44,505 bases of DNA from a virus (taxonomy: Duplodnaviria > Caudoviricetes): the IMG/VR virus record IMGVR_UViG_3300048574_000139, positions 1 through 44,505 of that record; one strand, given 5' to 3'. Position numbers and translations under genes: made by a program. The stretch's first letter is position 1; each line of letters opens with the position of its first letter. The notes beneath the pieces were generated by a model. That model ran no database searches. It was not told where the DNA came from and saw only the letters and a list, made by a program, of their open reading frames with translations. Shown here one piece after another: positions 42,526 through 44,505 of the stretch.

Positions 42526-44505
42526 ATGATATTGCGGCGGGTAGTACCCTCGCAACGGAATAGGCGTTTTCCGCTGGCCGCGCTGCTGGCTGACGCGGGC
42601 GGGGGCGCGCAGAGCGTGACGCCGGATGCCATCGGCAGCGGCGCGCAGGTGTTTGCGCCTGTGGTCGGCGTCGGTGCGGTCACGGTCACGCCGGCCTTCA
42701 TCGCCAGTAGCGCCCAGGTGTACGCGCCTACGGTGACAACGGGCGTTGCTGTTGTTCCCGACGCCATCCCTAGCGCCGCGGCAGTGTTCGCGCCCACCGT
42801 GGCCACCGGTGCGGTGACGGTCGCGCCCGCGGCTATCGGCAGCACGGCGACCGTGTATAGCCCAACCGTGGCGCGGGGCGCGGTGACGGTGACACCGGCG
42901 GCTATCAGCAGCGGCGCGGCAGTCTACGCGCCCACCGTGACACGCGGGGCCGTAACAGTGACGCCCGCGGCGAAAGCCAGAGCCGCGGCGCTGTTCGCTC
43001 CAGCGCTGCTGACCCGTAGCACCATCGGCGGCGTGCTCACGGTTGACCCGACCAACGGGCGCTATTTCGCCAACGACAGCGGGCCGCTGGTGCTGGCGGG
43101 CTTCCATACCTGGGCATCCATCCAGGATAGCTGGCCGACGCTGCCGATCACGGCGCTCGACTTCGATGCGTACCTGGCGGCGCTGGTCAGCTACGGGTGC
43201 AATTTCACTAAGGCGTGGTTCCTGGAGTCGGCGCGCAACTGGGGGGACTCGGCGCAGTATTTCGCCCCGCACCCCTGGCCGCGCACGGGGCCGGGCAACG
43301 CCGCGGATGGGCTGCCCAAGTTTGACCTCAGCCAGTTCAACCCCGCGTACTTCGAGCGGCTGCGCGAGCGGTGCATCCGCCTGGGCAATGCGGGCATCTA
43401 CGTTTGCGTGCAACTGTTCCAGGGCTGGCATGTCGCGCTCAAGGGCGGTAGTGACGATCCGTGGGCCTACCATCCGTTCGCCGCGGGCAACAACGTCAAC
43501 AGCATTGACGGCGACACGAACGACGACGGGTACGGGTACGAGACGCGCGCCGCGACATTTACGGCGGTCTACAACCTGCAAAAAGCCTATGTCGAGCGGG
43601 TGATCGACGCGCTGAACGATCTCGACAATGTGTTTTACGAGATCGCCAACGAGGAAGACTCCGCCAGCCTGACGTGGCAGCGGGCGCTTGTCGCGCACAT
43701 TCGCAGCTACGAAGGCGGCAAGCCCAAACAGCATCCGGTCGGCATGACGGTCTGCTGGCCCGGCGGCGACAATGCTGACCTGTACGCGTCGGATGTGGAC
43801 TGGCTCTCACCCAATGGCAGCCTGACCCCTGGCGCGGCGAGTGCGGCGGCGGTGAGCGCCTATGACACGGATCACCTGGTCGGCCTGACCAGTGAGCATA
43901 AGTGGGTCTGGCGCGGGTTCTGTCAGGGGCACAACCCCTGGTATATGGACGAATGGGCGGGGGAGACCTACAGCAACGACACGCGCAGCAACGGGACCTA
44001 CCAGCGCATCCGCGCCAACCTGGGCGGCGTCGTTGCCTACAGCGGACGGCTTGACCTGGCGAATGCCACCCCGCAGGGGACGTTGGCAAGCACCGGCTAT
44101 TGTCTTGCCAGCGCAACGCAGCTTGTCGCCTACCAGGACGCGAGCGGCAGTTTCACGGTCAACCTGACGGGCTTTTCCGGCACGTACGCGGTGGAGTGGC
44201 TGCGCAGTGCGGCCACCGCGCCGACAACGCAGGCCGGCAGCAACGTGTCGGGCGGTGCGGTGCGGACGCTCACCCCGCCTTGGGCCGGTGAAGATGCGGT
44301 GGCGCTGCTGCAAAAGCTGGCCGACGAAATCACGCCGGCCTTCATCGCCAGCGCCGCCCAGGTGTTCGCACCCACGGTCGGGCGCGGGCCAGTGACGGTA
44401 ACGCCAGCGGCGATTGCCAGCGGCGCGGCGGTCTACGCGCCCACGGTGACGGTTGGCGCGGTGACAGTGACACCCGCGGCCATCGGCAGCGCAGCGCAGG
44501 TGTTC
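42526..44505 (+). CDS. Repeat fibre protein with inserted clan GH-A-like glycoside hydrolase; 3'-truncated (not in ORF track)
   Basis: Open frame from ATG 42526 to the window end by manual translation. 23-aa repeats GAVTVTPAAIxSxAxVYAPTV flank a domain with NGRYF, FNPAYFERL, YEIANE and AVEWL. Confidence 0.85.
   Translation, partial: MILRRVVPSQRNRRFPLAALLADAGGGAQSVTPDAIGSGAQVFAPVVGVGAVTVTPAFIASSAQVYAPTVTTGVAVVPDAIPSAAAVFAPTVATGAVTVAPAAIGSTATVYSPTVARGAVTVTPAAISSGAAVYAPTVTRGAVTVTPAAKARAAALFAPALLTRSTIGGVLTVDPTNGRYFANDSGPLVLAGFHTWASIQDSWPTLPITALDFDAYLAALVSYGCNFTKAWFLESARNWGDSAQYFAPHPWPRTGPGNAADGLPKFDLSQFNPAYFERLRERCIRLGNAGIYVCVQLFQGWHVALKGGSDDPWAYHPFAAGNNVNSIDGDTNDDGYGYETRAATFTAVYNLQKAYVERVIDALNDLDNVFYEIANEEDSASLTWQRALVAHIRSYEGGKPKQHPVGMTVCWPGGDNADLYASDVDWLSPNGSLTPGAASAAAVSAYDTDHLVGLTSEHKWVWRGFCQGHNPWYMDEWAGETYSNDTRSNGTYQRIRANLGGVVAYSGRLDLANATPQGTLASTGYCLASATQLVAYQDASGSFTVNLTGFSGTYAVEWLRSAATAPTTQAGSNVSGGAVRTLTPPWAGEDAVALLQKLADEITPAFIASAAQVFAPTVGRGPVTVTPAAIASGAAVYAPTVTVGAVTVTPAAIGSAAQVF

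Larger units (their letters stand above)
1..44505. mobile_element. Temperate tailed phage (siphovirus-like) genome segment, probably non-integrated form; both ends truncated
   Basis: Integrase, repressors, terminase, portal, capsid, tail tube, tape measure and fibres in canonical order. No sheath gene seen. Phage genes flank the attP-like site on both sides. Confidence 0.95.

Noticed and set aside
42226-43734. Long minus-strand ORFs (also 10787-12235, 21862-22977, 7795-8718 and similar)
   Set aside because: Shadow ORFs of GC-rich plus-strand genes with no recognisable motifs.

Overview
The whole window reads as one contiguous GC-rich temperate, siphovirus-type phage genome segment, with no recognisable host housekeeping genes. 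In order it holds: (1) CGTAACGAT iteron-like repeats and a leftward operon ending in a RecA/AAA_25-type helicase; (2) a genetic switch with a ribbon-helix-helix gene divergent from two tandem paralogous XRE repressors; (3) a large serine integrase followed immediately by a symmetric ~50-bp attP-like site, suggesting the excised or free form; (4) a rightward early operon with a T5orf172 nuclease, an SSB-like protein, a C5 methyltransferase and an array of short genes joined by near-identical GAGGTGCAGCCGTGA junctions; (5) packaging and head genes (ParB-MTase, TerS, TerL, portal, MuF, scaffold, cement, MCP) with an antisense HNH insertion; (6) tail genes, including a chaperone with an A AAA AAC -1 frameshift site, tape measure, hub and fibres; (7) a distal cluster of carbohydrate-binding or -degrading proteins, some with signal peptides, that runs off the right end. 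The most interesting candidates are a promoter-terminator attenuator with twin GCAAnG motifs behind a Cys-less Com-like ORF (echoed at a second late terminator), the 'EVQP' gene-cassette array, an integrase lacking the canonical catalytic Arg next to an intact-looking attP, and a glycoside hydrolase inserted into a 23-aa repeat fibre. A Chloroflexota-like host is only a guess, from GC content and Pro/Thr-linker secreted proteins. All product calls come from motif recognition and gene order, not database searches.
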